From assembly GCF_000023965.1 (NCBI RefSeq), contig NC_013202.1:1650001-1682000 (forward strand): 32,000 nt of DNA, in the 5' to 3' direction. Positions within the stretch are counted from its first letter, which is position 1. The number at the start of each line of letters is the position of its first letter. The notes under the pieces are model-generated. The model was given only the letters and a program-made list of their open reading frames with translations. It was not told the origin of the DNA and made no database searches. Below, one piece after another: positions 1-8,617 of the stretch. The DNA comes from Halomicrobium mukohataei DSM 12286 (GTDB lineage: Archaea; Halobacteriota; Halobacteria; Halobacteriales; Haloarculaceae). The translations under genes and the position numbers were made by a program.

Positions 1-191
1 GCGCCGTCGGCGTCGACCAGCAGCCCCTTCTCGATGAGCCGGCCCCACTGACCGCTCGTGAGATCGTCGCTCACGTCGGCCCAGGAGACGGTTCCCTGCT
101 CCTCGGCGACGGCGAGGACGGTCGCCAGTGCGTCGGTCATGTCCTCGCCCTCGCTGGCGAGCGACTCTACTTTCTGGGCGGTACGTGCCAT
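1..191 (-). CDS. hypothetical protein, N-terminal part only (gene runs off the left edge)
   Basis: ATG at 191..189 (second in-frame ATG at 140..138), with the frame open to base 1. It reads MARTAQKVESLASEGEDMTDALATVLAVAEEQGTVSWADVSDDLTSGQWGRLIEKGLLVDADG, which is acidic with G/C-ending codons like the confident genes. It is absent from the ORF track because no stop lies in the window. A TTCATAA TATA-like box lies about 30 nt upstream. Confidence 0.5.
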   Translation of the reverse strand, partial: MARTAQKVESLASEGEDMTDALATVLAVAEEQGTVSWADVSDDLTSGQWGRLIEKGLLVDADG

Positions 192-230
192 TCGTGTACT
201 ACTCTACAGCGGCGAGCCCTTATGAACGTT

Positions 231-881
231 TTACTCGACGCGCGCGTCGATGGCGTCCTGGATGTCGGCCCAGACCTCGTCGGGGGTCTGCTCGCCGTCG
301 ACGGCGACGAAGGCGTCGTCGCCCTCGTAGTGATCGATCACCGGTCGGGTGTTCTCGTCGAACACGTCCAGTCGGTTGCGCACGGACTCCTCGTTGTCGT
401 CGTCGCGCTGGATCAGGTCGCCGCCACAGTCGTCACAGACGCCGTCTTCCGCGGGCGGACTGAACTCGACGTGGTAGTTCGTGCCACAGTCGTCACACAC
501 CCGACGGCCGGTGAGTCGGTCGACCAGTTCCTCCCGAGCGACCGACAGCGAGAGGATCACGTCGAGGTCGGTCATGTCTGCCAGTTCCTCGGCCTGTTCG
601 AGGTTGCGCGGGTAGCCGTCCAGGACGAAGCCGTCGGCCTGAGAGAGGGCCTCGTCGACGATGGCGTTGACGACTTTGTCCGGCACGAGGTCACCAGCGT
701 CCATGTACGCGCCCGGCGTGTCGTACTCCGTGTCCATGTCGGAGATGTCCATCTCCTTGTTGCCACGGAGCGCGTCGCCGGTCGTGACGTGCTCGACGCC
801 GTAGGTCTCGGCGATGTTGCTCGATTGCGTGCCCTTGCCCGCACCCGGCGGACCCAGAATCAGGATTCGTGGTGCTGCCAT
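231..881 (-). CDS. adk: adenylate kinase
   Basis: Tracked ORF 231..1040 trimmed to the ATG at 881..879. The N-terminus [19 protein letters not shown] is the P-loop. The LID region carries a four-Cys zinc knuckle (CDDCG...CDDCGG). Stop is TAA at 233..231. The discarded upstream part is non-acidic and overlaps the divergent gene. Confidence 0.93.
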   Translation of the reverse strand: MAAPRILILGPPGAGKGTQSSNIAETYGVEHVTTGDALRGNKEMDISDMDTEYDTPGAYMDAGDLVPDKVVNAIVDEALSQADGFVLDGYPRNLEQAEELADMTDLDVILSLSVAREELVDRLTGRRVCDDCGTNYHVEFSPPAEDGVCDDCGGDLIQRDDDNEESVRNRLDVFDENTRPVIDHYEGDDAFVAVDGEQTPDEVWADIQDAIDARVE

Positions 882-1027
882 GCCCGACGATTCTGTGGCG
901 TGCAATAAATGATTGTCCAAACGGTTCGACGGCTCGACCGACTGTCGCGCCTCTGTGGATCGGTACGGTAACTTCTTGCGTCCCCGGTGGTCGAAAGTAC
1001 TATCCCCGGTCATGTGTAGGGAGGGAT

Positions 1028-1618
1028 ATGAGCACTCCACCGGGGGAGTACTACACGGAGGAACGGTGGCAAAACTGGATCGATCGTCTCGACGAAGAGG
1101 AGATCGATCCGGAAGACGAAGATTCCGCTCGCCTGCTGTTGAATCTGCAGGACGATGCGGCGATCGCCGTCGCCAAGATCATCACCGATCACGACGACGA
1201 GTTGATCGATCGGGAGACCGCGCTCGAGGAGATCGCGGACATCCGCGCGATCGTCCTCGAAGAGATCGACCTCGACGACGAGGAGACCGTCATGCTGATC
1301 GACGGCGTCCAGACCTCCCTCGTCTGTGTCTTCTACGCCGCCGAGGAGTACATCGCCGAGGGGCCTGCCGAGGAAGGGACCGTCATCGACTACATCGAGG
1401 CCGCGGCCGACGCCGAGGCCGAGGAAGACCTCGACGCGGCGCTCGGTTACTGCGTCCAGGCCGGCACGCTGGTCATCGACGGCGAGGAACTCGACGTGGA
1501 CGCGGCCGCCGAACTCGAATACGGGCTGGTCTCGGAGTGGGCCAACGGACTCGATAGCCTCCAGACGGCAATGAGCGACCCCGAGGTCGTCGAAGAAGAC
1601 GAAGAGGGCGACGCGTAG
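1028..1618 (+). CDS. small very acidic cytoplasmic protein, conserved archaeal hypothetical (resembles DUF2150 from memory, unverified)
   Basis: Tracked ORF 869..1618 trimmed to the ATG at 1028 ([25 protein letters not shown]...). Extremely D/E-rich with high GC3. Divergent from adk. Confidence 0.8.
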   Translation: MSTPPGEYYTEERWQNWIDRLDEEEIDPEDEDSARLLLNLQDDAAIAVAKIITDHDDELIDRETALEEIADIRAIVLEEIDLDDEETVMLIDGVQTSLVCVFYAAEEYIAEGPAEEGTVIDYIEAAADAEAEEDLDAALGYCVQAGTLVIDGEELDVDAAAELEYGLVSEWANGLDSLQTAMSDPEVVEEDEEGDA

Positions 1619-1637
1619 TCGTTATCGTTTGGATCAT

Positions 1638-1660
1638 AGCTGCGGACAGCTTTTTTACCG
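1638..1660 (+). promoter_or_regulatory. hairpin plus T6/TATA-like element: probable terminator of the 1028..1618 gene and TATA box of the 1681 gene
   Basis: AGCTG-CGGA-CAGCT hairpin (1638..1651) runs into TTTTTTA (1651..1657), 24-30 nt before the ATG at 1681. The identical 11-mer CTTTTTTACCG (1650..1660) recurs on the minus strand at 21422..21432, 24-29 nt before the maeB ATG. Confidence 0.5.
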
Positions 1661-1680
1661 GGTACTGACAAGGACGGGCA

Positions 1681-4083
1681 ATGGGACTCCGGGACGACGA
1701 CCGCGCCCAGTCGGTCCAGATCGGAGCGGTGTTGCTGTTCGCGATGCTCGTCGTCGCGTTTTCGAGCTATCAGGCGTTCGTCGTCCCGAACCAGAACCGC
1801 GCGGTCGAGTTCAACCACAACCAGGACGTCCGAGACCAGATGCAGGATCTGCGCAACGCACTGGTCTCGATCCACGGCGAGACGGCGACCAGGTCGGTGA
1901 CGCTGACACTCGGGACCCGCTATCCCGCCAGACTCGTCGCCGTCAACCCCGGCCCCGCCTCGGGGACGATTCGCACCAGCGAAACCGCGGAGTCAGGGGC
2001 GAATCTGACGATCGCGAACGCCACCGCCAGCGGTGAGACCGGCGACTTCTGGAACGGCACCGATCGGCGCTACGACACCGGCTTTCTCGTCTACCAGCCC
2101 AGCTACAACGTCTACGGACAGGCCCCGGAGACGGCCTACGAGAACACGGTCCTGTCGAACCGCTTCGCGGACGAGAGTCTGGCGGAAACCGGCCAGACGA
2201 TGATCGACGGCAAGCGGATCAGCCTCGTGACGATCAACGGCTCTCTGAGCCGGACCCAGGCCGGTTCGACGAGCCTGGACCTCGAACCGGTGAGTACGTC
2301 GACGACGACGGTCGCGGTGTCCAACGACTCCTCGAACGTGACACTCTCTGCGGCGACGCAGCTGTCCGAGTCCGAGTGGGACGCGCTCCTGGCGGACCAA
2401 CGCGACGAGAACGGCGGTCACGTCCTCGACTACGAGGTCCAGACGGTCGCTGGCGCTCGGTACGATCGTCTGTGGGTCACGCTCGAACCGAACGTCTCCT
2501 ACCGGCTCCGCATGACGAAAGTCGGGGTCGGAACGAACGTCGCCGAGGAGGAAAGCGCCTATCTGACCGACGTAGCGGGCAACGAATCGACGATTCCTGA
2601 GGAAACGACCCAGGAGCTCGTGGTCTCGGTCCGAGACCGGCTCAACAATCCCGTCTCTGACGTGACGGTCAACGCAAGTATCGAGTCAGCGACGGGGAAC
2701 GGGACACTCGCAGCGACGGAGCAGACGACTGACGATAGCGGTCAGGCCACGTTCAGATACGAAGCGGCCGACATCTCTGGGACGACCAGTGAGACGTTCC
2801 AAATAAACGCGAGTCTGACTGGCACGAGCGCCGAGATCGGTGGCGCACAGTTCGATTCGACCACCGCGAAGAACGTGACATTCACTGTCAGCGTCCAGAA
2901 CAGCGACAACAGTGGACTCGGTAGCGGCGGCAGTGGTAGTCCGTACGCAGTTTCGTGGCTCGATCCCTCACAGACAGGCGTCACCTGTCCGGACGGTGCC
3001 AATGGCGTCTGTACCGTCGATGCGAGCAAGGCAGCCACTGTCGACCTGACGGCGACGACCAATCCGACTTCGGTGGGAACCATCATCGATTACTCGCTCA
3101 ACGATTCAGGCGCTGGGTCGGTCAACCCCGGTGAGGGCGAGACGGACGCGGCTGGCGAGAACGGCACGACGTTCACACCAACTCGTAACGGAGGTGTCAC
3201 TGTGTTCGCGTCAGGGGGCGGGAGTGGCGATGCAATCGAACTTCTGGTGTCGAACTACGCGTCCGGCTTGGTGTACAACGACGACGCCGTCACCTACGAC
3301 GGTGCGGACACGGACAGCGTCGCTGGCGGGGTGAACTTCTCCGTCACGAACCGTTTCGGCGAGAGTGTCACGATCACCGATGTCAGGATAGCGCCGGCAA
3401 ACAGCGCTGTCACGACCCTCAGCGACGGCGGGACGCCGAACGGCGAACCCGTGACGAGTGAGGTGTACGTCGCTGCGGACCTGGCCGATGCCCACGTCGA
3501 TTACAATGACGGGACCGCCCTCCCGCGAACTGTCGATCTGGACGCCGACGGATTCAGCAACGACGGGAACGCACAACTCTCGGACGGCGCAACGGCGACG
3601 TTCTACCTCTACGAGTTCACTGACGGTACCTCGTCGGTCGACATGAGCGGCGAAGACGTGGAGATTACGGTCACCTACCAGCCAGCGAGCGGCGGAACCG
3701 AGACGAAGACGTTTACGATCACGCCAACCGGCGGGGGTGGCGGAGGCGGTGGCGGCAGTTCCGCGCCGTCGGCGACCATAACAAGCGCGACCTACAGCGC
3801 CGGATCCTCGCCGCCGACCGACCGATACGACGTCACCGTCGACGTCTCAGACGCGGACGGCGACCTCGACCGCGTCGAGTACGAACTCACCGATTCGTCG
3901 GGCACGGTTGTCGACACGGCGACGGACAACGGTGTGAGCGGAGCCAGCGACACCTCGGCCGAGCGACTAGTCGCACAGACCAACGAGCGCGATAGCTCGT
4001 ATACCATCAGGGTGACCGTCTACGACTCCGCATCACCGCCCAATACGGGGAGCACCCAGACCGTCGTCTCGGGTAGCGGCTGA
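1681..4083 (+). CDS. large secreted/cell-surface glycoprotein candidate with type IV pilin-like (class III) signal peptide and Ig-like (Big_1-type) repeats
   Basis: The N-terminus MGLRDDDRAQSVQIGAVLLFAMLVVAFSSYQAF has a charged head, an RA/Q prepilin-peptidase-like site and a hydrophobic helix. There are many N-x-S/T sequons. A segment such as VVSVRDRLNNPVSDVTVNASIESATGNGTLAATEQTTDDSGQATFRYEA resembles bacterial Ig-like domains. A poly-Gly linker and a Ser/Thr/Asp-rich composition are also present. Confidence 0.8.
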   Translation: MGLRDDDRAQSVQIGAVLLFAMLVVAFSSYQAFVVPNQNRAVEFNHNQDVRDQMQDLRNALVSIHGETATRSVTLTLGTRYPARLVAVNPGPASGTIRTSETAESGANLTIANATASGETGDFWNGTDRRYDTGFLVYQPSYNVYGQAPETAYENTVLSNRFADESLAETGQTMIDGKRISLVTINGSLSRTQAGSTSLDLEPVSTSTTTVAVSNDSSNVTLSAATQLSESEWDALLADQRDENGGHVLDYEVQTVAGARYDRLWVTLEPNVSYRLRMTKVGVGTNVAEEESAYLTDVAGNESTIPEETTQELVVSVRDRLNNPVSDVTVNASIESATGNGTLAATEQTTDDSGQATFRYEAADISGTTSETFQINASLTGTSAEIGGAQFDSTTAKNVTFTVSVQNSDNSGLGSGGSGSPYAVSWLDPSQTGVTCPDGANGVCTVDASKAATVDLTATTNPTSVGTIIDYSLNDSGAGSVNPGEGETDAAGENGTTFTPTRNGGVTVFASGGGSGDAIELLVSNYASGLVYNDDAVTYDGADTDSVAGGVNFSVTNRFGESVTITDVRIAPANSAVTTLSDGGTPNGEPVTSEVYVAADLADAHVDYNDGTALPRTVDLDADGFSNDGNAQLSDGATATFYLYEFTDGTSSVDMSGEDVEITVTYQPASGGTETKTFTITPTGGGGGGGGGSSAPSATITSATYSAGSSPPTDRYDVTVDVSDADGDLDRVEYELTDSSGTVVDTATDNGVSGASDTSAERLVAQTNERDSSYTIRVTVYDSASPPNTGSTQTVVSGSG

Positions 4084-4230
4084 CCGACTGATCGGTGTCC
4101 CCCGAGTTACGACGTGACCGGGTTGCCCAGCGACAGTCGTCGGTCCAGACGACAGATCGAACTGACGACGACAGATATGGTGGTGTCGCCGACCGTCGGT
4201 CGGCTTGATCTTGCGAGCTGAGTGTACGAT

Positions 4231-4248
4231 ATTCGACGATCGTCGAAT
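4231..4248. promoter_or_regulatory. perfect 18-bp palindrome upstream of the hmgB promoter (candidate transcription-factor site)
   Basis: ATTCGACGATCGTCGAAT is exactly self-complementary and lies 45-62 nt upstream of the ATG at 4293. A TATA-like CTTATA at about 4265..4270 lies roughly 25 nt before the ATG, which suggests a leaderless gene. Confidence 0.4.
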
Positions 4249-4292
4249 GAATAGTCGACAGTCTCTTATACGGCGGTGGTAACTCTCACAGT

Positions 4293-5636
4293 ATGACAAC
4301 GGTCGGTATCGACGCGATCGAGATTCGGACGGGCAAGCTGCAACTGGACCTCGCAGAGACGTTTGCGCCGGCCCAGGACGAGGATCCCGGCAAGTACACG
4401 AAAGGGCTCGGTCTCCACGTCTCTTCGTTCCCCGACGTGTACGAGGACATCGTGACGATGGCGGCCAACGCGGCACACCGGCTCATGGAGCGCAAGGGTC
4501 TGACGCCCGACGACATCGGCCGGATCGACGTGGCGACGGAGTCGGCTTTCGACAACTCCAAGCCCGTCTCGACGTACGTCGCCGGCTGTCTCGAACAGGT
4601 GTACGACGACGACTTCCACCACGCTAACAAGGGCGAGCGGAAGTTCGCCTGCATCGCCGGGACCCAGAGCCTCGACGACGCGTACAACTGGATCCGCGCG
4701 GGCCGCAATCGCGGCCGCAAGGCGCTCGTGATCGCGACCGACACCGCGCTGTACGCCCGCGACGACCCCGGCGAGGCCACACAGGGTGCCGGCGCGGTCG
4801 CGATGATCGTCGACGAGAATCCCGACTTCGTCGAGCTGTCGACCGACCAGGGATTCGGGAGCGCCGACGAGACGGACTTCCTGAAGCCAAACCAGCAGTT
4901 CCCCTCCGTCGACGGCAAGCGATCGATGAAGGTGTATCTCGCACGCATGCGCGAGGCGATGGAGGACCTCGAACGAGCCGGCGTCGACCTCCACCCCGAC
5001 GACTTCGCGCTGATCCCGTTTCACACGCCGTTCCCGGGCATGGTCCGCAAGGCCGCTGCTCTGGGCTATCGCCACGTCTGCCGTGACACCGACGTGGAAC
5101 TGACGCTGGCCGAGGAGATCGGCCGTCAACCCCGCCGCGAGGAGTTCAAGACACAGGAGCAGTTCTTCGACGCCATCGAGGAGTACACGGACGCACTCAC
5201 CGAGACGGAGCGCTACGAGGACTGGTACGCCGACACGATCGAACCGACCCTCGAAATCGCCCGCGAGGTGGGCAACTGGTACACCGGCTCCGTCCACGTC
5301 GCCCGCGTCGCCGGCCTCAAGCACGCACTGGAACACGACCGAGACCTGACCGGGGCCCAGCTCCTCGTGGCCTCCTACGGCTCGGGCGCACAGGCCGAGA
5401 TCCACGCTGAGACGGTCGCCGACGGCTGGAAAGCGGAAATCGAGGCGCTCAACGTCGACGACCAGCTCGACCGCCGCTACGACATCTCCTTTGCGGAGTA
5501 CGAGCGCATCCACGACGTACACAACCACGACACCGACGACTACGCCGACGTGGAGGAACTCACCACGCCAAGCGAGGAGTTCGTCTTCGACGGCTGGGGT
5601 CGGATGGGCGAACGGAAGTATCGCTACGTGCGATAG
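4293..5636 (+). CDS. hmgB: hydroxymethylglutaryl-CoA synthase (bacterial-type, as used by haloarchaea in the mevalonate pathway)
   Basis: 447 aa. MTTVGIDAIEIRTGKLQLDL..., IDVATESAFDNSKP and the KFACIAGTQSL active-site Cys region are present, with HMGCS-like layout overall. Acidic with high GC3. Confidence 0.88.
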   Translation: MTTVGIDAIEIRTGKLQLDLAETFAPAQDEDPGKYTKGLGLHVSSFPDVYEDIVTMAANAAHRLMERKGLTPDDIGRIDVATESAFDNSKPVSTYVAGCLEQVYDDDFHHANKGERKFACIAGTQSLDDAYNWIRAGRNRGRKALVIATDTALYARDDPGEATQGAGAVAMIVDENPDFVELSTDQGFGSADETDFLKPNQQFPSVDGKRSMKVYLARMREAMEDLERAGVDLHPDDFALIPFHTPFPGMVRKAAALGYRHVCRDTDVELTLAEEIGRQPRREEFKTQEQFFDAIEEYTDALTETERYEDWYADTIEPTLEIAREVGNWYTGSVHVARVAGLKHALEHDRDLTGAQLLVASYGSGAQAEIHAETVADGWKAEIEALNVDDQLDRRYDISFAEYERIHDVHNHDTDDYADVEELTTPSEEFVFDGWGRMGERKYRYVR

Positions 5637-5637
5637 C
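5601..5637 (+). repeat. direct repeat copy 1 (last 34 nt of hmgB including the stop, plus 1 nt)
   Basis: CGGATGGGCGAACGGAAGTATCGCTACGTGCGATAGC is identical to 5803..5839. Confidence 0.95.
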
Positions 5638-5639
5638 AC

Positions 5640-5684
5640 GGATCGAGAGCGAAGCGAGCGATCCGGTTTTTCGCCCACGTTTTT
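5640..5684 (+). terminator. probable hmgB terminator: hairpin followed by two T5 runs
   Basis: GGATCG(5640..5645)/CGATCC(5659..5664) stem, then TTTTT at 5667..5671 and 5680..5684. Oligo-T is the usual archaeal termination signal. Confidence 0.5.
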
Positions 5685-5802
5685 GCGCGAGTGGTGCGGG
5701 ACCGGAGGTCCCGCAGACAATGCGAACGGGCGCTTTTCGCCCGTGAGCAGATGGTAGCGAACGGAGTGAGCTACCCGAAGCGGAAAAAGGTGGGCAGCGG
5801 GA

Positions 5803-5839
5803 CGGATGGGCGAACGGAAGTATCGCTACGTGCGATAGC
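5803..5839 (+). repeat. direct repeat copy 2 (non-coding duplicate of the hmgB 3' end)
   Basis: Perfect 37/37 match to 5601..5637, located 202 bp downstream. It is followed by the TATA-like CTTTTATACATAT (about 5861..5873) of the next gene. Confidence 0.95.
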
Positions 5840-5894
5840 GCGCGAACATCTCCTCCAGGCATCTTTTATACATATCGGGCTGAACGAAGCGGTG

Positions 5895-7106
5895 ATGCCC
5901 TCCACTCGACGACAACTCCTCGCGACGACCGGCCTCGCCGTCGCCACGGCGTTTGGCGGCCGATTCGCCGGGGCTCAAACGGCTGTGTCTTCCTCGGCCA
6001 ACGACTGGCCGATGGCTCGCTACGACGCCGCTGGTACGGCGTCTCACCCGTCTGGGACGGGCCCGAAAGACGAGGTCGAGATCGTCTGGAGCCACGAGTC
6101 GACGGCGTGGTTTCGGGGGACGACGACCCCGATCAGAGCGGGCGACACGATTTACGCGGCCGGCCGTGGGTTGCTGGCACTGGACACCGAGGACGGCGAG
6201 CGCCGATTCGGAGCGTCCGGTCCCTACCAGTCCAGCCCGGCCCGCGTGTCGGCGTCCCTGTACGATACCGACACGCTCGCGGTGACCGCTCCAACGGGGG
6301 TCTTCGGCCTGAACGCCGGTGGAGGTCTCGACGTACCCATGAGAGACGAACCCGTGGGCCTCCAGCGCTGGCGCGAGTCGTCGGGCGAGACCGGATTCTT
6401 CGGTGCGCCCGACCACGCCACTCCAGTCGTCGCCGATGGGACGATCTACACCGCCCTGCCGGGGACGAACTCGATCGCCGCGCTGGACGCCGACAACGGG
6501 AGCGTGCAGTGGCGATCGACCCATCACGAGGACGATAACGTGAGCGCCTCGTTCAACCGTCCGGCCGTGCGGGACGATCTGGTCGTCGCCTCGAACTGGC
6601 CTGGGAAGGTAACGGCGTATCACGCCGACGACGGGACACGAGAGTGGCAGCGGGAGATCGACGTTCAGACCGTGCTCGCACCGGTCGCGACCGCGTCTGG
6701 CGTGGTCGTTCAGACTCGCGAGGACGTTCGGCTGCTGGATCTTGCTGACGGCACCACGCTGTGGCGCGCGGAGTTCGACGCGAACGTCACCGATAGCGTC
6801 CCGGCGGTCGCCGACGGCACCGTCTTCGCGGTCGACGAGCTGGGGTCGATGCACGCGCTGGACCTCGCGAGCGGCGAGGTGCTGTGGACGACACCGTTCG
6901 ACGGCAAGACGGCTCCCGTCGTGGCCGACGGCGTCGTGTACGCGGTCCGATCGGGCTTCGAGCTGGTCGGAGTCGACGCCACGAGCGGCGACCGACTGTT
7001 CACCTACCGGCCCTCGCAGGTCCCGCTGTCCGCGCCGATCGTCGGCGACGGACGGCTGTACGCCGCCAACCGAAAGCGCGTGATCGCACTGGAGGAGACG
7101 GCATGA
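5895..7106 (+). CDS. Tat-secreted PQQ-like / BamB-like beta-propeller repeat protein
   Basis: Tracked ORF 5691..7106 trimmed to the ATG at 5895. MPSTRRQLLATTGLAVATAFGG is a twin-arginine signal. Blade motifs recur: DGTIYTA, DGTVFAV, DGVVYAV, DGRLYAA, and W-containing motifs such as VLWTTPF and LWRAEF. Confidence 0.85.
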   Translation: MPSTRRQLLATTGLAVATAFGGRFAGAQTAVSSSANDWPMARYDAAGTASHPSGTGPKDEVEIVWSHESTAWFRGTTTPIRAGDTIYAAGRGLLALDTEDGERRFGASGPYQSSPARVSASLYDTDTLAVTAPTGVFGLNAGGGLDVPMRDEPVGLQRWRESSGETGFFGAPDHATPVVADGTIYTALPGTNSIAALDADNGSVQWRSTHHEDDNVSASFNRPAVRDDLVVASNWPGKVTAYHADDGTREWQREIDVQTVLAPVATASGVVVQTREDVRLLDLADGTTLWRAEFDANVTDSVPAVADGTVFAVDELGSMHALDLASGEVLWTTPFDGKTAPVVADGVVYAVRSGFELVGVDATSGDRLFTYRPSQVPLSAPIVGDGRLYAANRKRVIALEETA

Positions 7107-7948
7107 CGACGGAGTCAGACGGCGGGACGGTCGGCGACGACGGTGCCGCCGGTGGCGGGTCGTCCGCACCGCGGACGACGGCGACCATGCTGCGGGCTGC
7201 CGTGACTGAAATCCGCCGGGACCCCTGGCTGCTGTGTCCGTTCGCCGTCGCCGGCCTTCTGGTAGCACTCGTCGACTGGCTCCGGCAGCGAGACCCGATC
7301 TCGGTCGTGACGCCCCACTGGATGGACCAGACCGTCAGCCTCCAGTACTCGGTGTTTCCGCGTGGGACCGCCCGCACGAGCAGATCCGTCGGTGCGCTCG
7401 TCGATCTGGAACTGCCGTCTCTCCTCGGTGCGGTCGCGCTCGAAGCGGTCGTCCCGCTGGCAGTAGGCACGGCCGGCTGGGTGACGATGACGCGAGTGCT
7501 CGACCGGGACAGCGGCCGCGCGTCGCTGGGTCGTTATCTCGCGGCTTTGGCTTCTTTGACGGTAACACTCCGGCTGTTTGCGCCCGTCCGGTTTTCCCCG
7601 GATAGCGTCCCGCTGATACTGCTGTCGCTGGTCGTCCTCTCGCTCGTGCTGGTCTCGCTGTTCGCGCTGCCCGGCTACCTCGCTGCCGGCTACGGTGTCC
7701 TGCACGCGCTGGGAGCGAGCGCCGCGACGGCGCGAGGCCAGCGACTGCAACTGTTCGGACTCGTGCTCACGTTCGGTCTCGCCGCCTGGGGGCTGGCGCG
7801 GGTCCCCGTCGCTGGTGGGTTCCTCAGTACGGCGGTCGTGGCACCGGTTCAGGCCGTCTCGATCGCCGTCCTGGTTCGGGGGGCTGATACGGACGGTTGT
7901 AGGCGTTTACCCAGTCGACCGCGCGACGGCGTGCGGTCGATCTGGTAA
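7103..7948 (+). CDS. polytopic membrane protein, function unknown; translationally coupled to the propeller gene
   Basis: Tracked ORF 6884..7948 trimmed to the ATG at 7103, which overlaps the upstream stop (ATGA at 7103..7106). Several long hydrophobic segments are visible (LLCPFAVAGLLVALV, LILLSLVVLSLVLVSLFALPGYLAAGY, LFGLVLTFGLAAWGLA). The last ~21 codons are encoded by the palindromic element at 7885..7970. Confidence 0.7.
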   Translation: MTTESDGGTVGDDGAAGGGSSAPRTTATMLRAAVTEIRRDPWLLCPFAVAGLLVALVDWLRQRDPISVVTPHWMDQTVSLQYSVFPRGTARTSRSVGALVDLELPSLLGAVALEAVVPLAVGTAGWVTMTRVLDRDSGRASLGRYLAALASLTVTLRLFAPVRFSPDSVPLILLSLVVLSLVLVSLFALPGYLAAGYGVLHALGASAATARGQRLQLFGLVLTFGLAAWGLARVPVAGGFLSTAVVAPVQAVSIAVLVRGADTDGCRRLPSRPRDGVRSIW

Positions 7949-7970
7949 AGACCTACAACTTTCCGTATGA
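7885..7970. repeat. 86-bp long palindromic element, TGATAC...GTATGA family, member 1
   Basis: Four stem segments share one symmetry axis: ATACGGA 7887..7893 / TCCGTAT 7962..7968; GTTGTAGG 7896..7903 / CCTACAAC 7952..7959; TTTACC 7906..7911 / GGTAAA 7944..7949; TCGACCGC 7915..7922 / GCGGTCGA 7933..7940. The outer arms closely match the element at 24426..24510. Confidence 0.85.
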
Positions 7971-8017
7971 ATCGGTTTCCGAGGCGTGAAGCCGACGAGA
8001 ACAGTCGATACAGGCGG

Positions 8018-8536
8018 TCACGGTAAGAGCCAGTCGAGGCTGGACGCACAGGTGTAGCTCCCGCCGGCCCCGTCCGATTTGAGCGTGAGTTCGTGCTCCT
8101 GCTGGCGTTCAGTACAGGAGCGGATGCCGGTGTGGACGTGGCGCTGGTCGTCTCCCAGATCTTCGACGACGTAGATCGTGACGTTGCCCGGCGTCCAGGC
8201 CTCGACCGTCGTCGTCACGTTCTCTCCCGGCTCGACGGTGTGGCGCTGGCCGGGGACGCCGTCATCTGCTATCGTCACGTTCCGGAACTCGCCGGGCCAG
8301 TAGAGCTGTTCGAGCGTCGCGAGTCGACGGTCGCCGTCGTCGGTCGTGACGGCGAAGTTCAGCTCCATCACGGACTCGGTCTCGGCGACGGTGTAGGCGG
8401 TCACGCGGTGGGGGGTGTCTGCCTGGTTCTCGATCGTCAGCTCGGGCGGGGCGTCGATCACCCCTCCGGCGGCGACGGAGAGTCCACTCAGGGCGAGCAA
8501 TCCGACGAGGAGGGCGGTCGTCGTTCGGGGGGCCAT
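8018..8536 (-). CDS. small secreted protein, function unknown
   Basis: Tracked ORF 8018..9232 trimmed to the ATG at 8536..8534. MAPRTTTALLVGLLALSGLSVAAG is a signal peptide, followed by an acidic beta-rich body with two Cys near the C-terminus. The discarded extension is Gly/Arg/Val-rich and antisense to the PHP gene. Confidence 0.7.
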   Translation of the reverse strand: MAPRTTTALLVGLLALSGLSVAAGGVIDAPPELTIENQADTPHRVTAYTVAETESVMELNFAVTTDDGDRRLATLEQLYWPGEFRNVTIADDGVPGQRHTVEPGENVTTTVEAWTPGNVTIYVVEDLGDDQRHVHTGIRSCTERQQEHELTLKSDGAGGSYTCASSLDWLLP

Positions 8537-8617
8537 GGTGTCGGCGACGAAGGGGGAACTAACGGTTCTTTCGCTCCCGGCGCAACCGACTTTGCCGCCG
8601 GTGCCCAGTGAGCCACC

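Noticed and set aside
128-463. 111-aa ORF with an RRRRRRRRR run
   Set aside because: It is antisense to and overlaps adk. The extreme Arg bias is the mirror of GAC/GAG-rich acidic coding on the other strand.
3730-3756. Run of consecutive glycine codons as a slippage-prone contingency repeat
   Set aside because: The codons are mixed (GGC/GGG/GGT/GGA), so there is no homopolymer or perfect triplet repeat. It reads as an ordinary flexible linker between domains.
4266-5720. 484-aa ORF on the minus strand across hmgB
   Set aside because: It lies antisense to a confidently identified gene. The translation is Val/Gly/Arg/Leu-rich and non-acidic, with no recognisable motif. This is the typical shadow ORF of a high-GC genome.
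5826-7268. 480-aa minus-strand ORF across the propeller gene
   Set aside because: It is an Arg-rich, low-complexity antisense shadow. The plus-strand frame has a Tat signal and repeated propeller blades.
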